From NCBI GenBank assembly GCA_965652595.1, contig CBFGWO010000004.1:3221-67220 (forward strand): a stretch of DNA of 64,000 nt, given 5' to 3'. The position numbers and the translations under genes are program-made. The notes beneath the pieces were generated by a model. That model searched no databases. It saw nothing but the letters and a program-made list of their open reading frames with translations, and was not told where the DNA came from. Position 1 is the stretch's first letter, and every line of letters starts with the position of its first letter. The stretch is from an uncultured Cellvibrio sp. (GTDB lineage Bacteria; Pseudomonadota; Gammaproteobacteria; Pseudomonadales; Cellvibrionaceae). This document shows positions 1 through 11,183 of the stretch, one piece after another.

Positions 1-243
1 TGCCTGAGCAGCGCTTTCCACCTCACCAAGAATTAATTTTGCCCTGGGTTGCAGCGCCTGGCCGGCCGGTGTGAGCACTACCTGCCGGCCTATGCGATCA
101 AACAGTGAAGTACCGAGCTGGGCCTCAAGCAGGGCGATACGCTTGCTGATGGCGGGTTGCGTCAGATGCAGCCGCTCTGCGGCTCCGGAAAAGGATCCGG
201 ATTCGGCGATGGCAACAAAGGCTTGTAGCTGTTGGGTATCCAT
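1..243 (-). CDS. LysR-family transcriptional regulator, N-terminal HTH portion (gene runs off the window start)
   Basis: Reverse complement from the ATG at 243-241 reads MDTQQLQAFVAIAESGSFSGAAERLHLTQPAISKRIALLEAQLGTSLFDRIGRQVVLTPAG..., a canonical LTTR winged helix-turn-helix. It is divergent from leuC. It is absent from the ORF track because there is no stop codon in the window. Confidence 0.85.
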   Translation of the reverse strand, partial: MDTQQLQAFVAIAESGSFSGAAERLHLTQPAISKRIALLEAQLGTSLFDRIGRQVVLTPAGQALQPRAKLILGEVESAAQA

Positions 244-271
244 GGGGTTGTTTTTATATCATTCCTTTTGG

Positions 272-286
272 TTATGCAACGTATAA
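272..286. promoter_or_regulatory. Candidate LTTR box (T-N11-A type dyad) in the lysR/leuC divergent intergenic region
   Basis: TTATGCAACGTATAA is an imperfect dyad (TTATGC / GTATAA) in the 130-bp region between the LysR-type gene and leuC. Confidence 0.3.
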
Positions 287-374
287 AAAAGATAAATTTG
301 TTTTATGTGTGTTTCGGGCTTAGCATAGGCGCTATTCACACAAACAACCCTGCGACCCGGTTTGGAGATTTTCC

Positions 375-1796
375 ATGTCAGCCAAAACCCTTTACGACAA
401 GCTCTGGGATGCCCACCTCGTCCATCAAAGTGACGATGGTTCCGCGCTTATTTATATCGATCGCCACATAGTTCACGAAGTCACCTCGCCCCAGGCCTTC
501 GATGGCCTGCGCTTGGCGGGGCGCAAGCCCTGGCGCGTGGATTCCATTCTCGCTACCCCTGACCACAACGTGCCCACCACGCAAAAAGAGCGTGCCCACG
601 GCGTTAGCGGTATTCAGGATCCGGTATCGCTGATACAGGTGCAAACCCTGGATGACAACTGCGATGAGTTCGGCATTACTGAATTCAAAATCAATGATCC
701 GCGTCAGGGGATTGTTCATGTGATCGGCCCGGAAACAGGTGCCTGCTTGCCCGGCATGACGATTGTGTGCGGCGACTCCCACACAGCCACCAATGGCGCG
801 CTCGGTGCTTTGGCTCACGGCATTGGCACCAGTGAAGTTGAGCACGTCATGGCGACCCAGTGTTTGGTGGCCAAGAAAATGAAAAACATGCTGATTAAAG
901 TCGACGGCAAGCTCGGCCTGGGTGTGACGCCAAAAGATGTGGTGCTCGCCATCATTGCCAAAATCGGTACCGCAGGCGGTACAGGTTATGCGATGGAATT
1001 TGGTGGCCAGGTGTTTCGCGACATGAGCATGGAAGGGCGCATGACAGTGTGCAATATGGCAATTGAAGCAGGTGCGCGTGCGGGCATGGTGGCTGTGGAT
1101 CAAACCACTATTGACTATGTCAAAGGTCGCACCTACGCACCTACGGGCGAGCTTTGGGAAAAAGCGGTAGCCAATTGGCGCGAGCTGGTCAGCGATCAAG
1201 GTGCCCATTTTGATGCGGTAATCGAAATCAACGGTGCGGATATCAAACCCCAAGTGAGTTGGGGTACGTCGCCCGAGATGGTGGTGTCGGTGGAGGATAA
1301 GGTGCCTGACCCTGCCAATGAGGCTGATCCCGTTAAACGCAAGGATATGATTCGCGCGCTCGAGTACATGGGTTTGCAAGCTAACCAACCTATCACCTCT
1401 ATTCACGTTGATCGTGTTTTTATTGGCTCCTGCACCAATTCGCGCATCGAAGATATTCGTGCGGCAGCGCAGGTGGTCAAAGGCAAGAAAAAAGCCGCTT
1501 CGGTAAAAGAAGCCATAGTCGTGCCTGGCTCAGGCGCCGTTAAAGCCCAGGCTGAGGCGGAAGGCCTGCATGAAATTTTTATTGAGGCGGGTTTGGAATG
1601 GCGCGAGCCGGGTTGCTCCATGTGCCTGGCGATGAATGCCGACAAACTTGGGGCAGGGGAGCATTGTGCTTCTACTTCCAACCGCAACTTTGAAGGACGT
1701 CAGGGTTATGGTGGCCGCACCCACCTGGTGAGCCCGGCCATGGCGGCGGCGGCGGCAATCGCTGGCCACTTTGTTGACGTTCGCACATTGAATTAA
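375..1796 (+). CDS. leuC: 3-isopropylmalate dehydratase large subunit
   Basis: 473 aa. Starts [16 protein letters not shown], with aconitase-family motifs ([23 protein letters not shown]). Followed directly by leuD. Confidence 0.97.
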   Translation: MSAKTLYDKLWDAHLVHQSDDGSALIYIDRHIVHEVTSPQAFDGLRLAGRKPWRVDSILATPDHNVPTTQKERAHGVSGIQDPVSLIQVQTLDDNCDEFGITEFKINDPRQGIVHVIGPETGACLPGMTIVCGDSHTATNGALGALAHGIGTSEVEHVMATQCLVAKKMKNMLIKVDGKLGLGVTPKDVVLAIIAKIGTAGGTGYAMEFGGQVFRDMSMEGRMTVCNMAIEAGARAGMVAVDQTTIDYVKGRTYAPTGELWEKAVANWRELVSDQGAHFDAVIEINGADIKPQVSWGTSPEMVVSVEDKVPDPANEADPVKRKDMIRALEYMGLQANQPITSIHVDRVFIGSCTNSRIEDIRAAAQVVKGKKKAASVKEAIVVPGSGAVKAQAEAEGLHEIFIEAGLEWREPGCSMCLAMNADKLGAGEHCASTSNRNFEGRQGYGGRTHLVSPAMAAAAAIAGHFVDVRTLN

Positions 1797-1808
1797 GGAG
1801 TTGCCGAG

Positions 1809-2456
1809 ATGAAAAGTTTTACCTTGTTAGATGGCTTGGCAGCGCCTATGGATCGCGCCAATGTCGACACCGACATGATTATTCCCAAGCAGTTTTTGAA
1901 ATCCATCAAGCGCACCGGTTTTGGTAAAAACCTGTTTGATGAATTGCGTTACCTCGATGAGGGTAAGCCAGATCAAAGCTGCGAAGGGCGCCCGTTGAAT
2001 AAGGATTTCCCGCTGAATTTCCCGCGTTATCAGGGCGCCAGCGTCTTGCTGGCGCGTGAGAACTTCGGTTGCGGCTCCAGTCGCGAGCATGCGCCATGGG
2101 CATTGGATGACTATGGTTTTCGCTGCGTAATCGCGCCGAGCTTTGCCGATATTTTTTTCAACAACTGTTTTAAGAATGGCCTTTTGCCAATTGTGTTGAA
2201 TGAAAAAATCGTCGAGCAGTTGTTTCAGGAAATGTACGCCAGCGAAGGCTATCGCCTCAAGGTTGATCTGGTCGCACAGACGGTTACCACCCCCGGCGGC
2301 GACAGCTTTTCATTTGAGATAGATGCTTTCCGTAAACACTGTTTGTTGAATGGCTTGGATGATATTGGTTTGACCTTGGAGCAGGCGGACAAGATTCGCG
2401 CTTACGAAGCAAGGCGTCGAGTAGAAGCGCCTTGGTTGTTTGATGTGGTGAAGTAG
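1809..2456 (+). CDS. leuD: 3-isopropylmalate dehydratase small subunit
   Basis: 215 aa. Contains [14 protein letters not shown] and [13 protein letters not shown] motifs. RBS AGGAG lies upstream. Confidence 0.96.
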   Translation: MKSFTLLDGLAAPMDRANVDTDMIIPKQFLKSIKRTGFGKNLFDELRYLDEGKPDQSCEGRPLNKDFPLNFPRYQGASVLLARENFGCGSSREHAPWALDDYGFRCVIAPSFADIFFNNCFKNGLLPIVLNEKIVEQLFQEMYASEGYRLKVDLVAQTVTTPGGDSFSFEIDAFRKHCLLNGLDDIGLTLEQADKIRAYEARRRVEAPWLFDVVK

Positions 2457-2460
2457 ATCG

Positions 2461-2565
2461 CCTGGGCGGCTAGTGGTTCGTGAGACACGCCGTGAACCCA
2501 TCCTTGGGGGCTCGGGCGCGGCCATCCGGGCCGCGCACGGTCTCACAAACCACTAGCCGCCCAGG
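2461..2565. repeat. 105-nt compound inverted repeat (REP/MITE-like or structured RNA) between leuD and leuB
   Basis: A 26-nt arm CCTGGGCGGCTAGTGGTTCGTGAGAC (2461-2486) pairs with GTCTCACAAACCACTAGCCGCCCAGG (2540-2565) with one mismatch. An inner GC hairpin is formed by GCGCGGCC (2516-2523) and GGCCGCGC (2529-2536). Confidence 0.7.
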
Positions 2566-2608
2566 CTCAGATGTATCGAAGTGAACAACAAAAAAATGGG
2601 AGTTCCCA

Positions 2609-3688
2609 GTGGGTAAACATATTTTAGTTTTGGAAGGTGATGGTATTGGCCCGGAAATCGTGCGCGAAGCCGTGCGTGTGTTGGAAGTGGTCAATCAAAA
2701 GTTTAATTTGGGGCTCACCACCGAAAACGGCCTGATGGGTGGTTGTTCCATCGATGCCCATGGTGTGCCACTGACCGACGAAACCCTTGAGCGTGCGCGC
2801 AAGGCAGATGCTATTCTGCTCGGCGCTGTCGGCGGCCCCAAGTGGGACAAGTTGGATCGCGCTATTCGTCCGGAAAAGGGCCTGCTAAAAATTCGCTCTC
2901 AACTCGGCCTCTACGCCAACCTGCGCCCGGCGTTGCTTTACCCACAATTGGTGGATGCCTCGTCACTTAAGCCCGAAGTGGTGTCCGGTTTGGATATTCT
3001 GATTGTGCGAGAACTGGCCGGAGGTATCTATTTTGGCGAGCCGCGCGGTATCCGCGTGTTGGAAAACGGTGAGCGCGAGGGGTACAACACTTACAAGTAT
3101 TCCGAAAGTGAAATTATTCGCATAGGCCGTACCGCCTTTGAAATGGCGCGTAAACGCAACGGCAAGGTTTGCTCGGTCGATAAGGCCAATGTGCTCGAAG
3201 CCACCATGCTCTGGCGCGAGTTGATGGACGAGCTGCACAAGGAGTATCCGGATGTGGAGCTGTCTCACATGTATGTGGATAACGCTGCAATGCAGCTGGT
3301 GCGCGCACCCAAACAATTCGATGTCTTGGTGACTGGCAACATGTTTGGTGATATTTTGTCCGACGCGGCTGCCATGTTGACCGGCTCTATCGGCATGTTG
3401 CCCTCGGCCTCGCTGGACAAAGATGGTCGCGGTATGTATGAGCCCTGTCACGGATCGGCCCCGGATATTGCCGGCCAGAACATCGCCAACCCTTTGGCGA
3501 CCATCCTTTCGGTTTCCATGATGCTGCGCTACTCCTTGGGCTATCCTCAGGTGGCGGATGCTATAGAGGTCGCTGTCGGCAAGGTGCTGGACCGGGGTTA
3601 TCGAACGGCAGACATCTATACTGAAGGTATGACCAAAGTATCTACCTCACAAATGGGCGATGCGGTCGTCGCCGCCTTAACGGTCTGA
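2609..3688 (+). CDS. leuB: 3-isopropylmalate dehydrogenase
   Basis: 359 aa with a GTG start. Contains [17 protein letters not shown] and NMFGDILSD motifs. Confidence 0.96.
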   Translation: MGKHILVLEGDGIGPEIVREAVRVLEVVNQKFNLGLTTENGLMGGCSIDAHGVPLTDETLERARKADAILLGAVGGPKWDKLDRAIRPEKGLLKIRSQLGLYANLRPALLYPQLVDASSLKPEVVSGLDILIVRELAGGIYFGEPRGIRVLENGEREGYNTYKYSESEIIRIGRTAFEMARKRNGKVCSVDKANVLEATMLWRELMDELHKEYPDVELSHMYVDNAAMQLVRAPKQFDVLVTGNMFGDILSDAAAMLTGSIGMLPSASLDKDGRGMYEPCHGSAPDIAGQNIANPLATILSVSMMLRYSLGYPQVADAIEVAVGKVLDRGYRTADIYTEGMTKVSTSQMGDAVVAALTV

Positions 3689-3734
3689 ATCAGGCCAATC
3701 CAACGACATTCAGCGAGACAAAGAGAGACAGGTC

Positions 3735-4844
3735 ATGAAAGTAGGTTTTATCGGTTGGCGCGGTATGGTGGGCTCCGTTCTGATGGAGCGTATGCAGGCA
3801 GAGAATGACTTTGCGGACATCGAGCCCATCTTTTTCACAACCTCCAATGTGGGTGGAGCGGCTCCGGCCGTTGCCAGCGGTATCCCGACGCTGAAGGATG
3901 CCTACGCGATTGGCGAACTCAAGCAGCTGGACGCAATTATTACCTGCCAGGGTGGCGACTACACCAACGAGGTGTTCCCCAAGCTGCGCGCCGAAGGCTG
4001 GAATGGTTACTGGATAGACGCTGCTTCCAGCCTGCGTATGAAAGACGACGCGATCATCGTGCTCGACCCTGTAAATAGCAACGTCATCAAAGACGGTATC
4101 GCCAAGGGGGTGAAAAACTATATTGGCGGCAACTGCACCGTGAGTTTGATGTTGATGGGCTTGGGTGGTCTTTTTAATGCGGGACTGGTCGAGTGGGTTT
4201 CTTCGATGACTTACCAGGCCGCTTCCGGTGCCGGTGCGCAAAACATGCGTGAACTCATCTCACAAATGGGTGCTTTGCATGCGTCCGTGGCTGACAAGCT
4301 GGCTGATCCCAAGTCTGCCATCCTGGAAATCGATCGCATCATCGCCGAAACCATGCGCGGTGAAGATCTGCCCAAAGCCAACTTCGGCCATTCTTTGGCC
4401 GGTAGCCTTCTGCCTTATATCGACAAGCAGTGGGAAACCGGTCAATCCAAAGAGGAGTGGAAAGGGCAGGCGGAGACCAACAAGATTTTGGGTCGTAGCG
4501 CCAGCCCGATTCCCGTGGATGGCCTTTGCGTGCGCATCGGAGCCATGCGTTGCCACAGTCAGGCGCTGACTATCAAGCTCAACAAAGATGTGCCTCTGGC
4601 AGATATAGAAACCTTGATTGCCAACGCCAATGCCTGGGCAAGTGTGGTACCCAACGAGCGTGATGCCAGCTTGCGCGACCTGACCCCTACCAAGGTGACC
4701 GGTACTCTGAATATCCCTGTAGGCCGTTTGCGTAAGATGAACATGGGGCCTCAGTACCTGTCCGCGTTTACCGTGGGTGATCAGTTGCTATGGGGCGCCG
4801 CCGAGCCGCTGCGCCGTATGCTGAGGATCCTCAAAGAGGCTTGA
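3735..4844 (+). CDS. asd: Aspartate-semialdehyde dehydrogenase
   Basis: 369 aa. Starts [20 protein letters not shown] and has the GGNCTVSL active-site region. Confidence 0.96.
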   Translation: MKVGFIGWRGMVGSVLMERMQAENDFADIEPIFFTTSNVGGAAPAVASGIPTLKDAYAIGELKQLDAIITCQGGDYTNEVFPKLRAEGWNGYWIDAASSLRMKDDAIIVLDPVNSNVIKDGIAKGVKNYIGGNCTVSLMLMGLGGLFNAGLVEWVSSMTYQAASGAGAQNMRELISQMGALHASVADKLADPKSAILEIDRIIAETMRGEDLPKANFGHSLAGSLLPYIDKQWETGQSKEEWKGQAETNKILGRSASPIPVDGLCVRIGAMRCHSQALTIKLNKDVPLADIETLIANANAWASVVPNERDASLRDLTPTKVTGTLNIPVGRLRKMNMGPQYLSAFTVGDQLLWGAAEPLRRMLRILKEA

Positions 4845-4865
4845 TAACCCATCAGCTTGCATCTA

Positions 4866-4906
4866 AACACCCCGGCCAAACCCTGGTTTGGCCGGGGTGT
4901 TTTTTT
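4866..4906 (+). terminator. Rho-independent terminator after asd
   Basis: AACACCCCGGCCAAACC pairs with GGTTTGGCCGGGGTGTT, and the stem is followed by TTTTTT. Confidence 0.85.
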
Positions 4907-5193
4907 GCGCTGTGTGTGATTTCGCTGGCTTGTCTGAGCTTTTTTGGTGGTGTTTTTTCTCAAAAATGGAGGAAAAATGCTAATAAATGCGTCACGAGAG
5001 ACCTATCTGGCCGGGTTTTGTGTTGATAAAAAGCTATTTATAATGAATACTTACGAGCGATTGTGAAGATATATTCGAGGTTTTATAACCGCTGCATAAC
5101 AAGATCCGGTTCTAAGTACTCGTGATTTATTGGTCTCATGGCGCCAGTAGGGTGAGGGCATCTGGGAACAGGTGATAATAAAAGGATAGTCCT

Positions 5194-8100
5194 ATGCATC
5201 TTCGTAAACTGATTTTGGTTGGTGGCTTCGCCAGTGCACTTCTGTCGAATATGGCAGCGGCGCTGGGGCTCGGCGAAGTTCGACTGAACTCGACGCTTAA
5301 CGAACCGCTAAATGCTGAAATCAAATTGCTTGATACCCGTGGCCTCAGCGCCAGCCAGATTCTGGTTGGGTTGGCCTCTCCAGCGGACTATGAACGCAAC
5401 GGTGTCGAACGGCTTTATTTCTTTACTGAGTTCCAATTTGACGTACAGCTGAATCAATCGGGCGGGGCGGTGGTGCGTATCACCAGTCACAACCCGGTTC
5501 GCGAGCCCTACCTTAATTTTCTTGTAGAGGCGCGTTGGCCTACAGGGCGCTTGTTGCGTGAATATACCCTGTTGATGGATCTCCCTACTTTCTCGGAGTC
5601 GGCCAGTCAAACACCTTCTGTGTCGACTCGGGCTCAAACTTCTGGCGCCACCGGAACTGCCTCTGATACATCTCGCTCGCGCCAGACAGCGACTCAATCC
5701 ACCCAGTCACCGGCGACCTCGGGCTCCTCAGGAGTTCGCCCATCCGGTTTTGCAGGGGACACCTACACTGTGGGTGCGCGCGACACTCTCTGGCAGATAG
5801 CCCTTGATGTTCGCCCTGACTCCGGCCATTCGGTTCATCAAACCATGTTGGCTATTCAGCGTTTGAACCCTGATGCCTTTATCAACGGCAATATTAATTT
5901 ACTGCGTCAGGGGCAAGTGTTGCGTGTTCCGACGTCTGCTGACATACAGACGCTCTCACAGCGGGAGGCGGTCAATGAAGTTGCGCGTCAGAATCGCGCA
6001 TGGTCTGAAACGGATATGGGCGCTCAACTGAGCGCCGCTCGACGGGAGGCACGCTCAGCACGCGAGAGCGAAGCGGTGAGTGGCAGCGTAAAACTTGCCA
6101 CGCCAAGTCGAGACAATGCTGATTCGGGGCAGGGTACCGGAGATAACGCGGGTAGTGGCCGCGCTTTGGAAAGCCAGTTGGCGGCGTCCCTGGAAGAGCT
6201 GGATAAAACCCGCAGTGAAAATCTTGAGTTGAATGCTCGTGTGAGAGAGCTTGAAGAGCAGATAGAGACCATGGAGCGCCTGGTTGATATCAGTAATGAG
6301 CAGCTGCGTGCGTTGGAACTGGGCATTGAACAGTCGGAAACCCAATCATCTGAAGCGCAGAGTGCCTCAGACATTGGTTATGCTGATGATACTTACCTGG
6401 AAGATGGCGCTGCCGTCAATGTGGATGACTCTGCGGTAGATATAGAGTCGCCCATCGAGCAGTCTGGCGATCTACCAGTTTCCACGGAAACGGATCCCGC
6501 TGTTGAGGTTGATGCTCCAGCAGTGGTTGCTGAACCTCCTGTCACTCAACAGCAAGTAGTGGTGCCGCCCAAGCCAGAAAAATCCCTGATGGACCAGGTG
6601 ATGGAGAATATTCGCTGGATCGGTTTAGGTGCCCTGGCTCTGGTGGTCTTGGCCGGGATACTGATCCATCGCCGCAGACAAAAAGCCATCGAAGAAGAAT
6701 TCGCTTCTGATGAAGAGCTGTTTGACATGTCCTCCGATTCTGCTGAGGAGGAATTTGAAGAGCCGTTAGAAGATGAGCTGGGTGAAGACGCTACAGATGA
6801 ATTGGAGGCTTTTGACGAGGAGCCACAAGCTGAAGCCGAAACAGAGGACGTGGTTGGCGAAGCGGATATTTACATTGCCTACGGAAAACTCGATCAAGCC
6901 GAGGACATGCTGCTCAAGGGGCTGGAGCGTGAGCCGCATTCGATAGACATTCGCTTGAAGCTTCTGGAAGTTTACTCGCAGGCGCAAAATGCCCCGAAAT
7001 TTGATCATTATTATGCGGGTTTGCTCGGCGTAGCGGGGCAAGCAACCTTGGCCCGTGCAGCTGAACTGCGCAGCCATATTCAAGGTGCGGGTGATTTTAA
7101 CTCCTCGGCTGATCAGTCTTCTGATGCTTTCGCAGAGGATCTCTCGGGTATTGATTTGTCTGAAGCCGATGACGCTATTGATCTGGGTGACCTGGATCTG
7201 GATGGCGCGTCAACTGATGATCCCGAGTCTTCCGCTGACGACGAATTGGATTTCAGTTTTGATCTTGAAGATGAAACTACGGCACTTGCTGATGAAATAA
7301 GCCTCACGGACGAAGACGATCTTCGCACAGGTCAATCAAGCTATGATCTATCTTTTGACAGCGAATCCTTGCCTGAAACCAAGGCTCAGCACGACGAGCT
7401 GAGTTTTGACCTGGATCTGGACGAAGAACCCGCGCAACAAAAAGTGGCTGAGTTTGATGAGCCCGCGCTTGATTTGGAATCGGATTCTCTTGAGTTTAGT
7501 CTTGAAGACGAATCAGAAGAGTCGCTGGACACTGCATTGGATCTTCCTGAGCAGGCAGCGGCTGCACCGGTTGCAGACAGTGATGATTTCAGTTTCGAAT
7601 TCGAATCCAATGAAGACCTGTCGATTGATGGTGAAAGCTCTGAGCTCACGGACCAAGATGATCTGGAGCTGTCTCTGGATGATGAGTCTGCTCTTGGTGA
7701 GTCACTGAGTGAAGCTTCAGAAGAATCGCTCGAAGATCTGCAATTGCCGGAAGATCAGGTTGATGACTTCAATCTGGATATGGAAGTGGGTGACCTGGAC
7801 TTGGCGGCGCTGGATCAGGAAATGGAAGATCTGGATGCAGACCTGGGTGATCTTGGTTTTGACGCTGATGACGTTGACGTTGGTGAGGCTCTCGGTGCGC
7901 AGCAGCCTCCGGTGTCGGCGGAGTCGACAGAAGATTTGGCGGCCGATCTGGATTTGGCCGATGAGGCAGATGTCTTTGATGAGGCATTGTCAGGCCTGGC
8001 GGATACGGATTTGGGCGCTGAAGAGTTGCCAGATCTGGATGACACTGCTGACGATGACGGTGATCTGGACTTCCTCGCAGACGCCGATGAAGCTGCCACC

Positions 8101-8238
8101 AAATTGGATCTGGCACGCGCTTACATCGACATGGGTGACACCGACGGTGCGCGCGACATCCTTGCCGAAGTTGCTCACGAGGGGAACGACGAGCAGCGAC
8201 AGGAGGCTGTTGATCTGCTGAGCCGTATCGACGCCTGA
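5194..8238 (+). CDS. fimV: FimV-family peptidoglycan-binding (LysM) type IV pilus / polar-organisation protein
   Basis: 1014 aa. It has an N-terminal signal, the ALGLGEVRLNSTLNEPLNAEIKLL FimV motif and a LysM domain (YTVGARDTLWQIAL...LRQGQVLRVP). It also has one TM helix (WIGLGALALVVLAGILI), a long D/E-rich tail and a C-terminal FimV motif (LDLARAYIDMGDTDGARDIL). The position between asd and truA matches Pseudomonas. Confidence 0.9.
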   Translation: MHLRKLILVGGFASALLSNMAAALGLGEVRLNSTLNEPLNAEIKLLDTRGLSASQILVGLASPADYERNGVERLYFFTEFQFDVQLNQSGGAVVRITSHNPVREPYLNFLVEARWPTGRLLREYTLLMDLPTFSESASQTPSVSTRAQTSGATGTASDTSRSRQTATQSTQSPATSGSSGVRPSGFAGDTYTVGARDTLWQIALDVRPDSGHSVHQTMLAIQRLNPDAFINGNINLLRQGQVLRVPTSADIQTLSQREAVNEVARQNRAWSETDMGAQLSAARREARSARESEAVSGSVKLATPSRDNADSGQGTGDNAGSGRALESQLAASLEELDKTRSENLELNARVRELEEQIETMERLVDISNEQLRALELGIEQSETQSSEAQSASDIGYADDTYLEDGAAVNVDDSAVDIESPIEQSGDLPVSTETDPAVEVDAPAVVAEPPVTQQQVVVPPKPEKSLMDQVMENIRWIGLGALALVVLAGILIHRRRQKAIEEEFASDEELFDMSSDSAEEEFEEPLEDELGEDATDELEAFDEEPQAEAETEDVVGEADIYIAYGKLDQAEDMLLKGLEREPHSIDIRLKLLEVYSQAQNAPKFDHYYAGLLGVAGQATLARAAELRSHIQGAGDFNSSADQSSDAFAEDLSGIDLSEADDAIDLGDLDLDGASTDDPESSADDELDFSFDLEDETTALADEISLTDEDDLRTGQSSYDLSFDSESLPETKAQHDELSFDLDLDEEPAQQKVAEFDEPALDLESDSLEFSLEDESEESLDTALDLPEQAAAAPVADSDDFSFEFESNEDLSIDGESSELTDQDDLELSLDDESALGESLSEASEESLEDLQLPEDQVDDFNLDMEVGDLDLAALDQEMEDLDADLGDLGFDADDVDVGEALGAQQPPVSAESTEDLAADLDLADEADVFDEALSGLADTDLGAEELPDLDDTADDDGDLDFLADADEAATKLDLARAYIDMGDTDGARDILAEVAHEGNDEQRQEAVDLLSRIDA

Positions 8239-8254
8239 TTGCGGCGCTAGACTC

Positions 8255-8297
8255 ACAAAGCCTTGTGTACCTGGTGCACAAGGCTTTGTTGTTTTTT
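8255..8297 (+). terminator. Rho-independent terminator after fimV
   Basis: ACAAAGCCTTGTG pairs with CACAAGGCTTTGT, and the stem is followed by TGTTTTTT. Confidence 0.8.
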
Positions 8298-8318
8298 GAC
8301 CCTACGATTTAACTTGCC

Positions 8319-9215
8319 ATGAATCAAGAATCTCTCAAACGCACCAAGCCCTATGTTCGCAACGGCGAAATACTGGCTGATACACCCTGGCCTGAATCCA
8401 TGCGCCGCATCGCTTTGGGCGTGGAGTATAACGGTGCAGATTTTCACGGCTTCCAAGTTCAACCCTCGGGCGTCACTACTGTGCAACAAGCACTTGAAAA
8501 AGCCCTATCCAAGGTGGCGGATGAAGCCATCACGCTGGTCTGTGCCGGAAGAACCGACGCGGGGGTTCATGCGACGGGGCAGGTGGTGCACTTCGATACA
8601 TTGGCTGTGCGTCCCGAAAAAGCCTGGGTCTTGGGTACTCGGCCCCATTTGCCAGACACCATTAGCCTTCGCTGGGCGCGCCAGATAGCGCCCGAGTTTC
8701 ATGCCAGATTCAGCGCGCGAGCGCGAACTTACAGATATCTACTTTCGGATAGGCCCGGTGGCTCGGGATTGCTGCATAACCAAATCACCTGGGTCAGTCG
8801 TCCATTGGATATTGGTTTAATGCGGCGGGGTGCGGCTTACCTAGTGGGTGAACATAATTTCAACGCTTTTCGCGCCGCCCAGTGTCAGGCAAAAAGCCCG
8901 GTGCGTAAGGTAAATCACCTGCATTTGGCGCGCCGGGGTGATTTGATAGTGCTGGAGATTCAGGCAAATGCATTTTTGCATCATATGGTTCGCAACATCG
9001 TGGGTGTTTTGATCGCTGTAGGAGCAGGGGACAAGCCACCGGAATGGGTTGCCCAAGTGTTGGCGTCGCAGGATCGGACGGCAGGTGGAGCAACGGCTAA
9101 ACCCCATGGCCTTTATTTGGTGGCGGTCGATTATCCCGAGGCATTTGCCTTGCCGCGACTGGCGCCAGGGCCACTATTTTTTCCTGAGGATATCGGCGGT
9201 TTTGGTTTGGATTGA
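8319..9215 (+). CDS. truA: tRNA pseudouridine(38-40) synthase
   Basis: Contains RIALGVEYNGADFHGFQ and GRTDAGVHATGQVVHFD motifs. The start is uncertain: ATG at 8319 or ATG at 8400 (MRRIALG...). Confidence 0.9.
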   Translation: MNQESLKRTKPYVRNGEILADTPWPESMRRIALGVEYNGADFHGFQVQPSGVTTVQQALEKALSKVADEAITLVCAGRTDAGVHATGQVVHFDTLAVRPEKAWVLGTRPHLPDTISLRWARQIAPEFHARFSARARTYRYLLSDRPGGSGLLHNQITWVSRPLDIGLMRRGAAYLVGEHNFNAFRAAQCQAKSPVRKVNHLHLARRGDLIVLEIQANAFLHHMVRNIVGVLIAVGAGDKPPEWVAQVLASQDRTAGGATAKPHGLYLVAVDYPEAFALPRLAPGPLFFPEDIGGFGLD

Positions 9216-9286
9216 TGGGCTGCAATTGGGGAATTTCGGACCAGTTTCTGCTAGTATCGCCGCTTTATTTTGTTCCGGGCTGAAGC

Positions 9287-9910
9287 GTGACCTACGTCAG
9301 AATCAAGATTTGCGGCATTACCTCTCTGGCCGATGCGCAGGCAGCGGCAGCCGCTGGTGCCGACGCCTTGGGTTTTGTGTTCTACCCTAAAAGCCCTCGT
9401 GCTATCAGCCCAGCTCAGGCGGGGGAAATCGCCCGTCAACTTGGGCCTTTAGTGACCCTGGTGGGCTTGTTTGTCGACGCCTCACCCGCAGAGGTTCAAG
9501 CAGCGCTGGCCGAAGTTCCACTCCATATTTTGCAATTTCATGGCGATGAGTCTCCCTCCTATTGTGAATCTTTTGGGCGGCCCTATATGAAAGCCGTGCG
9601 AATGCGCGCTGATATTGATCTCGATGAGTATTTCCAACGTTATCAGAGTGCAGCAGGTATCTTATTGGACGCCTACCGAGCCGGTGTCCCTGGCGGCACA
9701 GGCGAGACATTCGACTGGCAGAGAGTGCCGCCAAATCCTTCCCGACCCTTGGTCTTGGCCGGCGGTTTGACGCCCGAGAATGTGACAGCCGCTCTTGTAG
9801 CAACCGGGGTGGATAGCCTCGATGTGAGTGGAGGCGTAGAATGCGCCCCCGGACGCAAGGATCCCGTAAAAATTCAAACCTTTATCCACAACGCCAGACA
9901 TGGCTTCTGA
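9287..9910 (+). CDS. trpF: Phosphoribosylanthranilate isomerase
   Basis: 207 aa with a GTG start. Contains RIKICGITS and [10 protein letters not shown] motifs. Confidence 0.93.
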   Translation: MTYVRIKICGITSLADAQAAAAAGADALGFVFYPKSPRAISPAQAGEIARQLGPLVTLVGLFVDASPAEVQAALAEVPLHILQFHGDESPSYCESFGRPYMKAVRMRADIDLDEYFQRYQSAAGILLDAYRAGVPGGTGETFDWQRVPPNPSRPLVLAGGLTPENVTAALVATGVDSLDVSGGVECAPGRKDPVKIQTFIHNARHGF

Positions 9911-9924
9911 CAGGTGACCCAAGC

Positions 9925-11151
9925 GTGAGCGATAACAAGCAGTATTCGACGATTGATTACAGCCAGTTTCCCAACCCGGAAGGCCACTTTGGCCCCTACG
10001 GTGGGCGATTCGTCTCTGAAACGCTGATCTATGCACTGGATGAGCTTCAGACTATCTACAACAACCTCAAAGACGACCCTGGTTTTCAGGCTGAGTTTGA
10101 CAAAGACCTGGCTCACTACGTAGGTCGTCCCTCGCCACTCTATCTCGCCGAGCGCTGGACCCGTGAACTGGGTGGTGCGCAGATTTTTCTGAAGCGTGAA
10201 GATCTTAATCACACAGGAGCCCACAAGGTCAACAACACCATTGGCCAGGCGCTGTTGGCCAAATTCACCGGTAAAAAACGCGTGATTGCCGAGACGGGTG
10301 CGGGTCAACACGGCGTTGCTACAGCGACGGTGGCAGCGCGCCTAGGCCTCAAATGCCGCGTCTACATGGGCGCAGAGGACGTCAAGCGCCAGGCACTAAA
10401 CGTTTATCGCATGAAACTCCTGGGCGCTGAGGTGTTTCCTGTGACCTCTGGCTCCAAAACCTTGAAAGATGCTATGAACGAGGCGCTGCGTGATTGGTCC
10501 ACCAACGTGGACGACACCTTCTACATTATCGGCACAGTGGCTGGTCCCCATCCTTATCCGCAACTGGTACGTGACTTCCAGGCCGTTATCGGCCGTGAGG
10601 CGCGTGCCCAGTGTCTGGCTCAGGCGGGAAAATTGCCCGACGCATTGGTGGCCTGTGTGGGTGGTGGCTCCAACGCTATTGGTCTCTTTCACCCGTTCCT
10701 GACCGATGAATCCGTTGCCATGTACGGCGTTGAGGCGGGTGGTCTGGGTATAGAAACTGGAAAGCACGCGGCGCCCTTGAATAAGGGAGTTCCCGGTGTA
10801 TTGCATGGCAACCGCACCTATCTGATGGAAGATGAAAACGGCCAGATTATTGAGACTCATTCGGTATCCGCCGGCCTTGATTACCCTGGCGTTGGCCCTG
10901 AGCATTCCTGGCTGAAGGATATTGGGCGAGTCAATTACGTCGCCATCAACGACGACGAGGCGCTTGCCGCTTTCCGCAAGCTAACGCTTACGGAGGGTAT
11001 TATGCCCGCACTTGAGTCCAGCCATGCTCTGGCTTACGTCGAGAAGCTGGCGCCAACCATGAGCAAAGACCAGATCATCATCGCCAACCTTTCAGGGCGT
11101 GGCGATAAAGATATCCTTACCGTTGCCTCCCTCGACGGTATTACGGTTTAA
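9925..11151 (+). CDS. trpB: Tryptophan synthase beta chain
   Basis: Contains [24 protein letters not shown] and GGGSNAIG motifs. The ORF-track start at 9841 lies inside trpF. The GTG at 9925 has AGGTGA 7 nt upstream and gives a typical 408-aa protein. Confidence 0.93.
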   Translation: MSDNKQYSTIDYSQFPNPEGHFGPYGGRFVSETLIYALDELQTIYNNLKDDPGFQAEFDKDLAHYVGRPSPLYLAERWTRELGGAQIFLKREDLNHTGAHKVNNTIGQALLAKFTGKKRVIAETGAGQHGVATATVAARLGLKCRVYMGAEDVKRQALNVYRMKLLGAEVFPVTSGSKTLKDAMNEALRDWSTNVDDTFYIIGTVAGPHPYPQLVRDFQAVIGREARAQCLAQAGKLPDALVACVGGGSNAIGLFHPFLTDESVAMYGVEAGGLGIETGKHAAPLNKGVPGVLHGNRTYLMEDENGQIIETHSVSAGLDYPGVGPEHSWLKDIGRVNYVAINDDEALAAFRKLTLTEGIMPALESSHALAYVEKLAPTMSKDQIIIANLSGRGDKDILTVASLDGITV

Positions 11152-11183
11152 CACCAGTGGCTCCAGGCCCGCAGGACGAGTGA

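Noticed and set aside
7055-8281. A series of plus- and minus-strand ORFs inside fimV. Examples are 7709-8221, which is W/I/R-rich, and 7769-8281, which is P/H/R-rich.
   Set aside because: These are frame-shifted readings of the GAT/GAA/CTG-rich acidic repeat DNA of FimV. Their compositions are implausible for real proteins, and they lie fully within a supported CDS.
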